Positions 18,823 through 27,867 of a stretch of 64,000 nucleotides of DNA are shown here, piece after piece (positions within the stretch are counted from its first letter, which is position 1; every line of letters begins with the position of its first letter). A model generated the notes under the pieces. That model ran no database searches. It was not told where the DNA came from and saw nothing but the letters and a program-made list of their open reading frames with translations. This stretch comes from Cyanobacteria bacterium auto_48_18 (GTDB taxonomy: Bacteria; Cyanobacteriota; Vampirovibrionia; Obscuribacterales; Obscuribacteraceae). The position numbers and the translations under genes are program-made. Where the stretch lies: NCBI GenBank assembly GCA_036170915.1, contig JAVHQC010000029.1, forward strand, positions 128,001 to 192,000, in the 5' to 3' direction.

Positions 18823-20046
18823 TTAGTGCGGGCTCATATCAATGATGTCAGCGTTGGCCGCTTGCTGTGGCTGCTGAGGTGCATGAGCGACCGGAGCCGG
18901 TGCTACGGAAGGTGTGCGGGTGAAGGCCCCTTCGACAATGCGTTTCATTTCCACTTGTCTTTCTTCGAGAGAGTTGCAATAGTCGTGGAGAATGTTGGCC
19001 TGACTGCGCAAGGCCGTGGCGTTATCTGACAAATCAGGAATTAAGATTTCTATTTCTTCAAGAATTGAAGAGGGCGGGCTGGCCACTGGTCTAATGCGCA
19101 CATGCGAAACCACTTGCCCAGACGCATTGGCCATATTGGCCGCTTCTTTGCTGTTGGCGGGCACTGAAAAATTGCCGCTCTGACTCATACTTCCGGCCAG
19201 CGCGTCTCGCAAACGCTCAAGATTTTGCTTCAGACCCACAGCCCGGCGATAAGCTTGATCGGCTTCTTTCTCCAGCCAAACTTTGCGAGCTTTTTGAGTA
19301 GCCAGCTCGTTGCTCAGATGCTCGAGCGCCTTTTTGCGAATATCTAATTCGCGCCTGACGTGTTCCACTTCTTTCTGTTTGAGCTCAAGGCCGCGCCGGC
19401 GCAGATAAACCAGAAGCAATATCACCAGAGAAAAGCCCACTGAAGCCATGGAAATATAGAAGTAGCCGCGCTTAGCGCCTGACATTTCAGCCACACCGGT
19501 GACCAGAAAATTACCGATGTCTTCAGCGAAAGGTGGCGGAGGGCTGCGTAAATAATAGATGCGTCCCAAGATTTTGCCGCGTACTTTTGCGCCGGTGGCT
19601 TTGGCTTTTTCTTCCCGCGGTGAGGCGTGCGAATAAAGCGGTTCTAGCTGCGGCGGGTCGGTAATCAAGTCGAAGGGTTCAGAGTCATGAGCCAGGCCCT
19701 CGGCGGTGGCGTCTTTTTGCCACGACTGCCGATGATAAATTTTGTCTGTTCTATAAAGAACGTTTTCGCCGGACGGGTCTGTAACAATCAGACCGAACAA
19801 TCCGTAGCTGCTATCAAGAGTTTTCTGTATCAGGTCGTCGCGGCCTTCCTGAATCATGGCCGAGAGAGTGGCCGGCAAAGTGTGGTGAAGCAAATTAAAA
19901 TCGGTGGTTTGCACCCGGGCTATAGTGCCCTGCCAATAGCTCTGATAGTGAATAGAGCACAGGGTCAGCCAAATCACTATACCGGCCATACAAACAGCTG
20001 GCACGAGTATGCGATTGCGAAGCGATAGCAGAATCTTATCCATCAA
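18823..20046 (-). CDS. Two-TM protein with extracytoplasmic sensor-like domain and cytoplasmic coiled coil
   Basis: TM1, then YWQGTIARVQTTDFNLLHHTLP...DSSYGLFGLIVTD domain, TM2 and heptad-rich tail. Confidence 0.75.
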   Translation of the reverse strand: MMDKILLSLRNRILVPAVCMAGIVIWLTLCSIHYQSYWQGTIARVQTTDFNLLHHTLPATLSAMIQEGRDDLIQKTLDSSYGLFGLIVTDPSGENVLYRTDKIYHRQSWQKDATAEGLAHDSEPFDLITDPPQLEPLYSHASPREEKAKATGAKVRGKILGRIYYLRSPPPPFAEDIGNFLVTGVAEMSGAKRGYFYISMASVGFSLVILLLVYLRRRGLELKQKEVEHVRRELDIRKKALEHLSNELATQKARKVWLEKEADQAYRRAVGLKQNLERLRDALAGSMSQSGNFSVPANSKEAANMANASGQVVSHVRIRPVASPPSSILEEIEILIPDLSDNATALRSQANILHDYCNSLEERQVEMKRIVEGAFTRTPSVAPAPVAHAPQQPQQAANADIIDMSPH

Positions 20047-20538
20047 ACGCGAGTCTACACCCGCGTGTATCTGATGTACATACGGGTTTTCCCAGGGCTA
20101 AAGATTTTTTTTGCCGCTGCCTGGGCTTTTTCGAACTTTTCCAAAAGATGTTGATGATCGAATACAAAAAGACGTTTATAAGTCACAAAGATTTGGGTAT
20201 TAATACCTCGTGGACGAAAGCTCTCACGGAGGAATCGGTTAGAGCCCAACTTGGTCAAAACCTTGTGTCTACTACAAACCCAAACGGGAAATACCACCAC
20301 TAGGTGGCTACATATTCGAACATATGTTCAATAAGCCGGGCGCTCGTCGCCCGGCTTCTGTTATGCCACCATATACGGTTGCACATTTGTTCACAACAAG
20401 TGATAACTGTTTTCAAGGGTGGTGTAAAACAGGAAACAAAATCTTTTCGAGTCCGTCAGACCAACAATATCAAGAGACGGTCTTGCGCTAAAATCAAAAC
20501 TACTTTTAAAACTTCGCTTTGACTTACGGATTAATTAA

Positions 20539-22323
20539 ATGACCGCGGCGCCCGACAGCCAGGAATCAACACAGCAAGCCTCGCCAGTCAGACTGGGCGA
20601 CTTGCTTACAGGTGCTGGCCTGCTCAAGGCTGAAGACCTTCGCCAGGCGATGATTATCGCCAAAACTCAGTCGCTGCCTGTGGGCCGCGTTCTGATTATG
20701 TCTGGATTTATTATTGAGCCCCATTTGCAGGCCGCAGTGCAAGCACAGTCAATGCTGAAAGATGGCTTGATTGATTTAGAAACCGCTCTCGGCAGCTTGC
20801 GAGTGATATCGCGCGATAGTGTTCAGCTTGACCAGGCTCTATCAAAAATGGGCTGGGCCCAACCAGTCAACCAGGTCACAAACAAACTGGGCGAATTATT
20901 ATTTGAGGCAGGCATAGTTACCAGAGCTCAACTAGAGCAGGCTCTTGTACAAGGTGAAAGCAGCGGATTGCCGCTTGGCCGAGTGCTTGTGATTAATGGC
21001 ATGCTCTCAGAACAATTACTCTCATCAACTTTAAATGCGCAAATTCTTGTGCGCGATAAAAGGGTCACCCGCGAGCAGGCAATCTCAAGCTTGAAAGCGG
21101 CACTGATTAGACAGGTTCCGTTTGAACAACATCTGGAAGAAACCGGTGTCAGCCTTCACCCTGCTAGTGAGACGGTTCGTCTGGGCGAACTTCTGGTAAT
21201 GGCTAAATTGCTTGACGAAGAGAAGTTGATGCAAGCGGTGGAATTAGGCCTGGTGAACGAACAGCCAATCGGTCAGGTGCTGGTCAAAAACGGCATGGTG
21301 AGCGAAAATGTGCTGACCACAGCCCTCTCTATTCAAAGCATGGTGGTCAAAGGCGAGCTGCGCAAGAGCCAGAGCGGGCGCGTACTTGAGCTCGTTAATC
21401 ACGAACGTATTTCGCTTGCTGAAGCAGTGGAAAGAGTACAACCTACTCCTCCACGCGATGCCACTAACTTGCCGCTCTATCAGTTTTTGCAATTGGCTGG
21501 TGTAATCGGCCCCAAAGACATTGAAGAAGCGCTTAAGATGGGCTCGCGCGACACTACCCTGATGGGGCAGATGTTGATGATGACCGGCGCGCTTGATCAA
21601 AATCTTCTCGGCATTGCCATGAAATGCTCGCATCTAATGGAACGGGGAATTTTAAAGACAGAACAAGCTGTTATTGCTCTGGGTATTTGCTGGAAGAGCA
21701 AAGCCAGCCTGGAAGACGCCTTCAAACAACTGGGCTGGAGTTCGGCTATCATCACATCCAGCGCACCTTCAGCGCCAGCCTTGCCGCCTACCTACAGCCC
21801 GCCAGCGGCTGAAACTCCGGTGGCATCGCCTCAAGTTCAACAAGTTCAACAAATTCAACAATCACCGCGAGTCACCCAAGCTCCTGCAGCTCTGATTCCT
21901 GAGGCCGTAGCTCCAGCACAATCACCGCAAGCACAAGCCCCTGTGCCAGCACCGCAACCAGCAGTTCAGAATTTGTCTGAGACCATGGCTCCACCTTCAA
22001 TGCAGTCGGGCAGTCACGCCACGGCCAAACCTTCAAAATTCGACCAGGCAATTTCAGGGCGCAAAAGTACCTCTAATTCTTCCGCCACAGCTCACAATTT
22101 ACCGGCCATGCCGGTAGGCCAGACGCTCAGTGTTGAGCAAGGCTTACAGCCATATGATACAGGTGAAATGTCGCCCATTCGCAAGAGGGAAGAGGCCGAA
22201 GCCGCAGCACGAGCCCACGCTGAGGCGACGGAAACCGGCTCTAACCCAACAGTGACCGACGGTGACACCACATCTGGTGCGCCTAAGCCTGCCAAAAAAC
22301 GGCTAGCGGATCTAATTCCATAG
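20539..22323 (+). CDS. Tandem MshEN/GspE-N-like repeat protein with Pro/Gln-rich disordered tail
   Basis: Repeated [RK]LG-x-LL-xx-G-[LI][LV] and P[LVI]G-x-VL-xxx-G motifs; no ATPase domain. Confidence 0.8.
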   Translation: MTAAPDSQESTQQASPVRLGDLLTGAGLLKAEDLRQAMIIAKTQSLPVGRVLIMSGFIIEPHLQAAVQAQSMLKDGLIDLETALGSLRVISRDSVQLDQALSKMGWAQPVNQVTNKLGELLFEAGIVTRAQLEQALVQGESSGLPLGRVLVINGMLSEQLLSSTLNAQILVRDKRVTREQAISSLKAALIRQVPFEQHLEETGVSLHPASETVRLGELLVMAKLLDEEKLMQAVELGLVNEQPIGQVLVKNGMVSENVLTTALSIQSMVVKGELRKSQSGRVLELVNHERISLAEAVERVQPTPPRDATNLPLYQFLQLAGVIGPKDIEEALKMGSRDTTLMGQMLMMTGALDQNLLGIAMKCSHLMERGILKTEQAVIALGICWKSKASLEDAFKQLGWSSAIITSSAPSAPALPPTYSPPAAETPVASPQVQQVQQIQQSPRVTQAPAALIPEAVAPAQSPQAQAPVPAPQPAVQNLSETMAPPSMQSGSHATAKPSKFDQAISGRKSTSNSSATAHNLPAMPVGQTLSVEQGLQPYDTGEMSPIRKREEAEAAARAHAEATETGSNPTVTDGDTTSGAPKPAKKRLADLIP

Positions 22324-22577
22324 CGTCTTATCTTTAACATCTTCTGCAGCATCTTCTGCCACATTTTTTGCCACCACCTTTGGTGCGCCGACAGATACCA
22401 AAGCCAGTTTCCAAGACGGCGCACGCACAGTGACTGCTGTTGAGATCAAGATGCAGATTTTATGAAATTTCCTCAACAATACATTTGCATATGGTATGAA
22501 TATCAAATCAAATCCAACCATCTACGATCTAATAAGATCCGCACCCAGACTAAATACTGTGTTGCATAGGAGAGTTC

Positions 22578-23189
22578 ATGCTTCAACAAAAGATTTCATA
22601 CAAGCCTTACCCAGTTCAGGACTTCAAACACCTGCTTGGTCTAACCGGCATCTCAGACAAAACTTTGGAAATTCACTTCAAGCTTTATGCTGGTTATGTC
22701 AAGAATACAAATGACCTGAACGAAAAAATCATCGAGCTGACAGAAGCCGGCAAAAGCGGTTCGCTCGAATACTCTGAACTCAAGCGTCGTTATGGCTTTG
22801 AATACAATGGCATGAGACTGCATGAATACTATTTCGGCAACCTCAAACCAGGCGGCAGCGAACTTAAAGAAACCAGCGCTCTCGGTAAACTGATTACCGA
22901 AACCTATTCTTCAATCGAAGTTTGGAAAAACGATTTCTTCAAAGTTGGCACCATGCGCGGCGTTGGCTGGGCTGTATTGTTCCAAGACCCTTTCACCAAA
23001 ACACTTTCAAATCACTGGATCACCTTGCACGAAGAAGGCAACATCGCCGGCTTCCAGCCTATTCTGGTAATGGACGTTTGGGAGCATGCATTCTTGCTCG
23101 ATTACGTTCCAGCTGATCGTCCTAAGTACATTGAAGCTTTCTACAGCAACATTGACTGGGAAAAAGTGGAAGCTAGACTACTCAAATAG
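22578..23189 (+). CDS. sod: Fe/Mn superoxide dismutase family protein
   Basis: Metal ligands EIHFKLY, RLHEYYF, DVWEHAF; GVGWAVL; AGGAG SD. Confidence 0.92.
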   Translation: MLQQKISYKPYPVQDFKHLLGLTGISDKTLEIHFKLYAGYVKNTNDLNEKIIELTEAGKSGSLEYSELKRRYGFEYNGMRLHEYYFGNLKPGGSELKETSALGKLITETYSSIEVWKNDFFKVGTMRGVGWAVLFQDPFTKTLSNHWITLHEEGNIAGFQPILVMDVWEHAFLLDYVPADRPKYIEAFYSNIDWEKVEARLLK

Positions 23190-23232
23190 TCAGCGTCACA
23201 AAAACTAGTTCGTTAAAATAAGCGATATTGCG

Positions 23233-23263
23233 AAAGAGCGGGAATTTTATTTCCGCTCTTTTT
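23233..23263 (+). terminator. Rho-independent terminator after sod
   Basis: aaagagcgg ... ccgctcttt stem followed by T run. Confidence 0.75.
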
Positions 23264-23413
23264 GCTTCTATGGCTTGCCCTGAGAGGCTATGCAAACTAT
23301 GTGGGTAGCCTTAAAAATATCCAATTATAAAAACAGACTGGGCCCCGAGACAGGCCCCCTTGAGAACAGTAAAATACTGACTGGTTCTCGAATTTACAAA
23401 AGGCTCGCCGCTT

Positions 23414-24358
23414 ATGAAAGACAGCACTTCAGCTACAACCGCAACAAATTTCACAGCACCGCTGGAAGAATTTGTCGCCGAGCCCCTAGATATCGACGAA
23501 GTTCACGCCTTCGCCAGTTACTCAGAAGATGACGACATTGACGATCTTGACCATGGCGATCCGGTTGATAGCTGGTCATATGAAGTACCGCGTCCCTGGC
23601 TGACCATGGAGCAGGCGGCAAGCATATTGGGACGCTCAGCAAGAGGCGTTGAACGCTCAATTTTAGGGAAATGGGGCAATCACTTGCCCGAAGGTTGGAG
23701 TGCCAGACGCGTTCGCATAGACGGTCTAGATGAATGGAGAATCGTTCCACCACCCGGATTTAGAATCAAACACAACCGCCGCGACCAGAAAGTCGAAACA
23801 AGCGCCGCCACAGTCAATACTAATATTGCCGATGTGGTTGCTAGCCCGCTGAATGCTGAGCAAGGCCCGACCAAAGAAGCAGATGCTCAGTCTGGCAGTG
23901 TGACGTCCTCAACCACGCCAAAATCTCGCCGCAGAGAAGAGCTGCTTGATGAGCCGTTTTCGCTAGAGAAGTTTTTGCAAAGTGCCGGGCGCATGGCCCA
24001 AAAAGAATTAGCGTCGTTTGGTATTTCAGTCAGACCTACGGTAGAACGCGCTGTAGATGCTGATGTCGAGCATGCCACCATTGTTATCGACCGCTCCGAC
24101 GAAGTAGAAAAATTGCTTCGTGAATTGTCTAATACTCAAAAGGAACTGGCAGAGCAAAGGCGCATGCATCTAGAAGATTTGCGAGCCATGAAAGAAATGC
24201 AAAGTTCTCTTCTGCTGCTTGAAGTGCGTGCCAAAGAAACAAGTGAACTCAAGCAAGATCTCACTTTAGCTCAGCAAGCATTAAAAGAACATCGCACTCA
24301 GTATCAAGAATTTCTAGCTCTGCCGTGGTACAAAAGGCTATTCTCGAAACTACCTTAA
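23414..24358 (+). CDS. Hypothetical protein with HTH-like segment, coiled coil and amphipathic C-terminus
   Basis: WLTMEQAASILGRSARGVERSI; C-terminal heptads; ends LPWYKRLFSKLP. Confidence 0.7.
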   Translation: MKDSTSATTATNFTAPLEEFVAEPLDIDEVHAFASYSEDDDIDDLDHGDPVDSWSYEVPRPWLTMEQAASILGRSARGVERSILGKWGNHLPEGWSARRVRIDGLDEWRIVPPPGFRIKHNRRDQKVETSAATVNTNIADVVASPLNAEQGPTKEADAQSGSVTSSTTPKSRRREELLDEPFSLEKFLQSAGRMAQKELASFGISVRPTVERAVDADVEHATIVIDRSDEVEKLLRELSNTQKELAEQRRMHLEDLRAMKEMQSSLLLLEVRAKETSELKQDLTLAQQALKEHRTQYQEFLALPWYKRLFSKLP

Positions 24359-24373
24359 TTAGAGGAGTTAGCT

Positions 24374-24724
24374 GTGGCTGAAACTACTGATAAGCGCTTC
24401 AAAATAACTTATTGCACTTCATGCGGCTATCGTGACCGTGCCGTTCAACTGTCAGACCTACTAGAAAAAGATTCATCAGATCAGTGCACACTGGTACCCT
24501 CTGAAGGTGGCGTCTTTGAAGTTGAAGACAATGGTGTTTTACTTTTTTCAAAGAACAACACCGGCCGTTTCCCTGAAGAAGGTGAAGTGTTGGCCATCAT
24601 CAGAAACGTAAAAAACGGACAAACTCTAGAGGACGCACAAACGAATGCAGCCAACGATGCGGGTCACAGTGGTGGAGTGCTCGACTGGATCTACAGTCTC
24701 TTCAGAGCTCCGTCACAAAAATAA
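24374..24724 (+). CDS. Rdx family (SelW/SelT/SelH-like) protein, Cys form
   Basis: ITYCTSCGY, LVPSEGGVFEV, LLFSK...GRFPE. Confidence 0.85.
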   Translation: MAETTDKRFKITYCTSCGYRDRAVQLSDLLEKDSSDQCTLVPSEGGVFEVEDNGVLLFSKNNTGRFPEEGEVLAIIRNVKNGQTLEDAQTNAANDAGHSGGVLDWIYSLFRAPSQK

Positions 24725-24737
24725 GTCGGAGAACACA

Positions 24738-25445
24738 GTGGGACACCCGCAGGCCCGGCAAATAGCCATAGACGGACCAGCCGGCGCGGGCAAATCTACC
24801 GTAGCCCGCAGGCTGGCCGACAAGCTCGGATATCTATATATAGATACGGGAGCTATGTATCGCGCCTCCACCTGGCTAGCATTGCAGAACAATATTGCGC
24901 TGACCGACGGTGACGCCATTGCCGCCCTGGCCAGTGCCAGCAAAATTCAACTAAAGCCTGCCGATGCCTCGTCAGACGGCAAAATTCGAGTTTTCGTCAA
25001 CGACCAGGAAATTACTCGCGAAATTCGCACTAATCGCATGTCAGACCTTGTGGCCACCGTTGCTGCGCTCGGTCAGGTGCGCAAAATTCTGGTAGACAAA
25101 CAAAGAGAGCTGGCTAGAGAAGGCGAATGTGTCATTGATGGCCGCGATATTGGCACAGTAGTTGTTCCAGATGCCGGCCTGAAAATATTCATGACCGCCA
25201 GCGCCGAAGAACGTGCGCGCCGCAGGCAAATCGAACTGGCGGCTCAAGGTGAAAACCCTGATTTTGCCGACTTGCTCAAAGCCATCAATGAACGCGATTA
25301 CCTCGACATGAATCGCGCAGTCTCACCTCTAACCAAGGCAGTTGACGCGGTAGAAATAATTACCGACGACATGTCTATCGATGACGTTGTGGCCGCTTTA
25401 GAAAATCTGGCCAAAGAAACTTTTCAGACTCCTGCCGAAGCTTAA
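24738..25445 (+). CDS. cmk: Cytidylate kinase
   Basis: IAIDGPAGAGKSTVA, IDTGAMYR, DGRDIGTVV, ERDYLD; GTG start at 24738 with GGAG SD. Confidence 0.96.
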   Translation: MGHPQARQIAIDGPAGAGKSTVARRLADKLGYLYIDTGAMYRASTWLALQNNIALTDGDAIAALASASKIQLKPADASSDGKIRVFVNDQEITREIRTNRMSDLVATVAALGQVRKILVDKQRELAREGECVIDGRDIGTVVVPDAGLKIFMTASAEERARRRQIELAAQGENPDFADLLKAINERDYLDMNRAVSPLTKAVDAVEIITDDMSIDDVVAALENLAKETFQTPAEA

Positions 25446-25551
25446 ATCTGAAAAAAGCACCCGGCCTTCGTAACTACACCAGCGCCAGTTTGCTTCTCTG
25501 CGCTTATATTAGCCATAGAAAAACGCAATCAGTAAATGGTTCGCAAACTAC

Positions 25552-26814
25552 ATGGATGATTCGCAGAAAAACAATAAAGAGCAGCTAGACGGCAAACCTG
25601 ACGCCGACGCTCAAGAACGCAACCCGCAGCTTAATTCTGTAGAAATTCTTGGTGGTGAGCGCATGGCTGCTGCACCCGGAAAAGTGCAATTGCCCGCTGA
25701 CAAAAGCGAGCCACCGATTGGCGTAGCGGTGCTCAAAGATCCAGAAACAATTGTTTTGCATCTAAAGGGAAAAACCGGCACCACCACAGGTGAAGCAGAA
25801 GTCGAGTATCGCCGTGGAGACCTTTATTACGACGACGTCTTCAAGCATATCGGCGGTATTAAGAAGGGCGAAACTAAACTGGTTCCTCCCTGGAAAGATG
25901 ATGCAGGCAAAAAGCCGGCAAAACAAGATGTGATTGCGCCAAAAGACACAGCGCAAGAACCGGTTAAAGACGCTCCAAAAGACACACCGCAAGAACCGGT
26001 TAAAGACGAGTCAAAAGATCCGCAAAAGAAACCGGCTGAAAATTCAGATGTGCCTAAAGATCCAAAAGATTCGACAGATGCTAAAGATCCTAAAGATCCA
26101 AAAGACGCGAAAGATGCCTCAGGCCAACCTATAGACCAAACAGGCAAGCCGATTTTGGTCGACGTTATCATTGCACCGTCGGCTCAGTTTACTCTCAAGG
26201 TCAACGACACCATCAGCAAAATGTCTGCTGAAACACGCGAGGTTCTGGTTAGCTCTCAAACCGAAATTGTTGCTGCCAATAGATTGACTGATGCACTGCC
26301 CGATCTAAAAGGTCAAAAGCCACGCGGTTGGCCACCTGGGCTGACCTGGGACGCAGTAGATGGAGCCTACAGCCCATCGCTCAACATGGTTGTGGTGGCA
26401 GAAGAAACTGAAGACGCGAACGGTAAATGGGTAAAGAGCAATCGCACCGAAGACGTCACTCGCCATGAAGTCGGCCACGCAGTTGATTTTGGCCTGGGTA
26501 AACTGTCTAACACCGCCGCTTTCACCAAAGCTTATGAAGACGACGAAAAAAATATGCCGGCAAAACTAGCGGCGCCACTCAAATATTTCCTGCAAAATGG
26601 TGACGGCGGAAAAGAAGAAGCCTGCGCCGAAGCAATCGCCGCACGCGAGGGTGGATCGACCGGCGGAAGTAATTTTGATGTTGGATTTAAAAAGACCATC
26701 GCCGCCGTTGACGCCGCCTTACTTTTGCGACGGGCAAAACTGCCTGTGTCTACTATCGTCATAAACGTGAAAACGCCGCAGCCTAAAGCTTCTCCGACAG
26801 TCGACACTCCGTAA
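25552..26814 (+). CDS. Zincin metallopeptidase, anthrax lethal factor/M34-like C-terminal domain, with low-complexity linker
   Basis: DGAYSP...RHEVGHAVD...SNTAAF...YFLQ...EEACAEA; PKD-rich repeats upstream. Confidence 0.7.
   Translation: MDDSQKNNKEQLDGKPDADAQERNPQLNSVEILGGERMAAAPGKVQLPADKSEPPIGVAVLKDPETIVLHLKGKTGTTTGEAEVEYRRGDLYYDDVFKHIGGIKKGETKLVPPWKDDAGKKPAKQDVIAPKDTAQEPVKDAPKDTPQEPVKDESKDPQKKPAENSDVPKDPKDSTDAKDPKDPKDAKDASGQPIDQTGKPILVDVIIAPSAQFTLKVNDTISKMSAETREVLVSSQTEIVAANRLTDALPDLKGQKPRGWPPGLTWDAVDGAYSPSLNMVVVAEETEDANGKWVKSNRTEDVTRHEVGHAVDFGLGKLSNTAAFTKAYEDDEKNMPAKLAAPLKYFLQNGDGGKEEACAEAIAAREGGSTGGSNFDVGFKKTIAAVDAALLLRRAKLPVSTIVINVKTPQPKASPTVDTP
25939..26046 (+). repeat. In-frame 36-bp tandem repeat (about 3 copies) followed by (D)PKD repeats
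   Basis: ccaaaagacacagcgcaagaaccggttaaagacg and ccaaaagacacaccgcaagaaccggttaaagacg; encodes PKDTAQEPVKDA PKDTPQEPVKDE. Confidence 0.85.
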
Positions 26815-26822
26815 GTTTTTCA

Positions 26823-26866
26823 CTTAAGCTCTTCACTTAAGCATTTCCTCTTAAGGTTTGCTTAAG
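26823..26866. promoter_or_regulatory. Four CTTAAG hexamers; candidate OmpR-family binding site
   Basis: CTTAAG at 26823, 26836, 26850, 26861; last pair is CTTAAG-N5-CTTAAG. Confidence 0.5.
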
Positions 26867-27109
26867 TATTTATCAGCCGGGTATAAAAAACGTGAGGGGC
26901 TGACGGATTTAATCTTTTATTTTTGGCAAGGCATATCTAGTGATGCCTCTAAGACGTCGCGCCTGACTGCAAAAAGCATCAAGACCGATAAGGACTGTAT
27001 ATAGAGCGCTGTCGACAAAAATGCCATTAAGGCTGTATCTTAATAACCTATAACATTAGTAGCCGATCACTTCAGACCGTTTGAATTCTAAGGAATCAAG
27101 GAGCACGTC

Positions 27110-27844
27110 ATGGCCAAGGCGAAAACAAAAACTCTGGACAAGCCACAAGTTGTCTCCGCTGCAAAACAGCAACCCACTGAAGTGACCGAATTGAAGCAGA
27201 TTTTTCAACGCGTTGACCTGGCGCAGACATACGGCCACAAGCATCCCGCTTTTGCGGTCATCGCTCTAAAAGACGGTCGCACCCTTACTGTTAACTATAG
27301 CCAAAAAGGCAATATCGAGACTCTAACATTCTCAGATGGCCGCGTACTTGCCACTGCTGATGGTGGCGCATATTTTTCAGATAATTTACAGCCAGATGTG
27401 AAATTAAAAGATCTCACGCTCAATGTTGATGATGGCGAACTGAACTACAAATCAACTTACGGCAAACGTACCGCCCAGGTCAAAGAAACCGCTAGCGGCG
27501 CTAAATATGCCACTCTTAAGGTCAAAGGCGACCCCCGCGAATTTCAATTGCTTGCCGACAGAAGTCAGGTTGTTATCGGCAAAGAAGGCAAAATGACTTA
27601 CTCTGCCGATGGCAAATATTTGACCATGGAGCCTAAAGGCGGCGGACAAATTAAGTTCCACCTCGGCATCAACATGCTCGACGTTGTCTTCCCTAATGGC
27701 TATCAGCAAAGCTTTTACGCCACAGCTCAAGAGATGAGCCTATTGCAACTTCAACCAATTGGTTTCTACGTCAACTGGTTGCCCGCCGACGACATGGGCC
27801 AACATTTCGAATGGGGCGTCGTGCTACCACAGGCAGTGCACTAG
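27110..27844 (+). CDS. Hypothetical beta-strand-rich protein
   Basis: 244 aa; AAGGAG SD; repeated DG turns. Confidence 0.7.
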   Translation: MAKAKTKTLDKPQVVSAAKQQPTEVTELKQIFQRVDLAQTYGHKHPAFAVIALKDGRTLTVNYSQKGNIETLTFSDGRVLATADGGAYFSDNLQPDVKLKDLTLNVDDGELNYKSTYGKRTAQVKETASGAKYATLKVKGDPREFQLLADRSQVVIGKEGKMTYSADGKYLTMEPKGGGQIKFHLGINMLDVVFPNGYQQSFYATAQEMSLLQLQPIGFYVNWLPADDMGQHFEWGVVLPQAVH

Positions 27845-27867
27845 TCTAATCAGACTGAGCCACAGGT

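Noticed and set aside
22338..22382. Short catcttctgc repeats after the MshEN-like gene
   Set aside because: Degenerate low-complexity 12-bp slippage with no spacers or structure
24374..24724. Selenoprotein (SelW-like)
   Set aside because: The motif is encoded TGC-ACT-TCA-TGC (CxxC); no in-frame TGA
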